From Eutreptiella sp. 'Long Island Sound 2002' (taxonomy: Eukaryota > Protista > Euglenida), in NCBI GenBank assembly GCA_964036045.1, contig OZ038379.1:41664001-41728000 (forward strand): a stretch of DNA of 64,000 bases. The letters run 5' to 3'. The notes beneath the pieces are model-generated. The model saw nothing but the letters and a program-made list of their open reading frames with translations, was not told where the DNA came from and searched no databases. The translations under genes were made by a program, and so were the position numbers. Positions 63,137 through 64,000 of this stretch are shown piece by piece; the first letter of the stretch is position 1, and each line of letters opens with the position of its first letter.

Positions 63137-63699
63137 CTACATCAGACATGAGCCATCAGTCCTTATACACCTACCTGGAGACCGGGCCGTCGCTTCCAGC
63201 TCCAAGGTGCGGTGGACGTCCACATTGACCCATGCCGCCGCACCCTCGTCCCACACACCCATATTGTAAATTGAGCCCACCATGGGCGACATGGAGATGC
63301 CAATAAGTCGCGGCACGAAGGGTTGGTCTCCCCCAGCAGCGAGCTCACTAGGTACCCACCATGTTGCCCAATAGAGCTTCTTGCAATCGTGAATGGAGTG
63401 CAATACCTACAAAGAAGAGGTGGGTTAATTTTTGCATGATCTCTTGGGTTGTTAATATTCAGTTACTTTTCTAGTTTCCATTAATATTTGGCAAATGTGA
63501 AACATTCTTGAGTGGAAATTAACGCAAAAATTAACCAACCGCAAAACGGCCACATACCTACAAACTCTTGGCCCATATGGCACCCAATGCGCCCATGTCC
63601 TTGTCCCCGCCTACGTCCATACCAATCACCCACAAATAGGCGAGTGAGCGCCTCCGTGAGCCATGGTGGAGGAGCCCAATAGATCGTTGGTGTACCCAC
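63137..63699 (-). pseudogene. Second, diverged copy of the element B-type transposase
   Basis: GGDQPFVPRLIGIS..PMVGSIYNMGVW aligns with GGDQPWTQRVIGVS..PQVGSMFNERIW, and LFVGDWY with IVRGDAY. A GT-AG intron lies at ~63410-63470. Confidence 0.6.
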
Positions 63700-64000
63700 T
63701 GTGAACGGAACTTTTGAATGAGTACGCTCACTTTGCTTTTTTTCAGCCCGTTTGGCCTGTTGTGCCCTGTCTTTGTGCCCGTTTGCGTGCTTACTTCACC
63801 TAAAATCCATGAAAATTCGGACCACGCAATTGGTAGCTTGAATAGGTCATGATGTAGCTTACATTCGCAAATAAAATTCGAATTCCCGTCCGCATTCGCA
63901 ACCTAAAGTCGCCACTAAATTCGCATTCATATGTGCCTTCACATTCGCGCAAACTCCGCGCGAACATCCTTTGCTTTTTGCGTCAGCATGTTGTTCTTGT

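Overview
This is repeat-rich eukaryotic genomic DNA, with GT-AG introns, no operons and no rRNA. It is mostly nested, partly decayed mobile elements around two exons of a probable host GT17 (GnT-III/MGAT3-like) glycosyltransferase gene. The main result is two large DNA transposons whose ends and target duplications can be read directly. Element A (7781-15927) has a perfect 30-bp TIR and TSD GCAAG. Element C (37877-44960) has a ~26-bp TIR and TSD GTTCT. Both start 5'-CTT(A/G)GG and both have 5-bp TSDs. Both carry an intron-containing DDE-transposase-like gene (WxDN / FLxD / PLLxGxWxxYKY / EExxE) and a second gene with a ParB/Srx (DGQHR-like) motif set. Each also carries many copies of its own palindromic motif. 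A third TIR element, B (31062-34274), encodes a spliced Transib/RAG1-like transposase, and its CTAG-hairpin intron recurs in an unrelated transposase of element C. Also present: LINE, Gypsy-like and hAT remnants, a 135-bp tandem array, a 71-bp satellite with 1425-bp higher-order structure, a tRNA-derived composite repeat, and two inversions (about 142 bp and about 3.3 kb). All protein family calls come from motif recognition by eye and need HMM/structure searches. Most short ORFs in the supplied track are treated as non-coding shadows.
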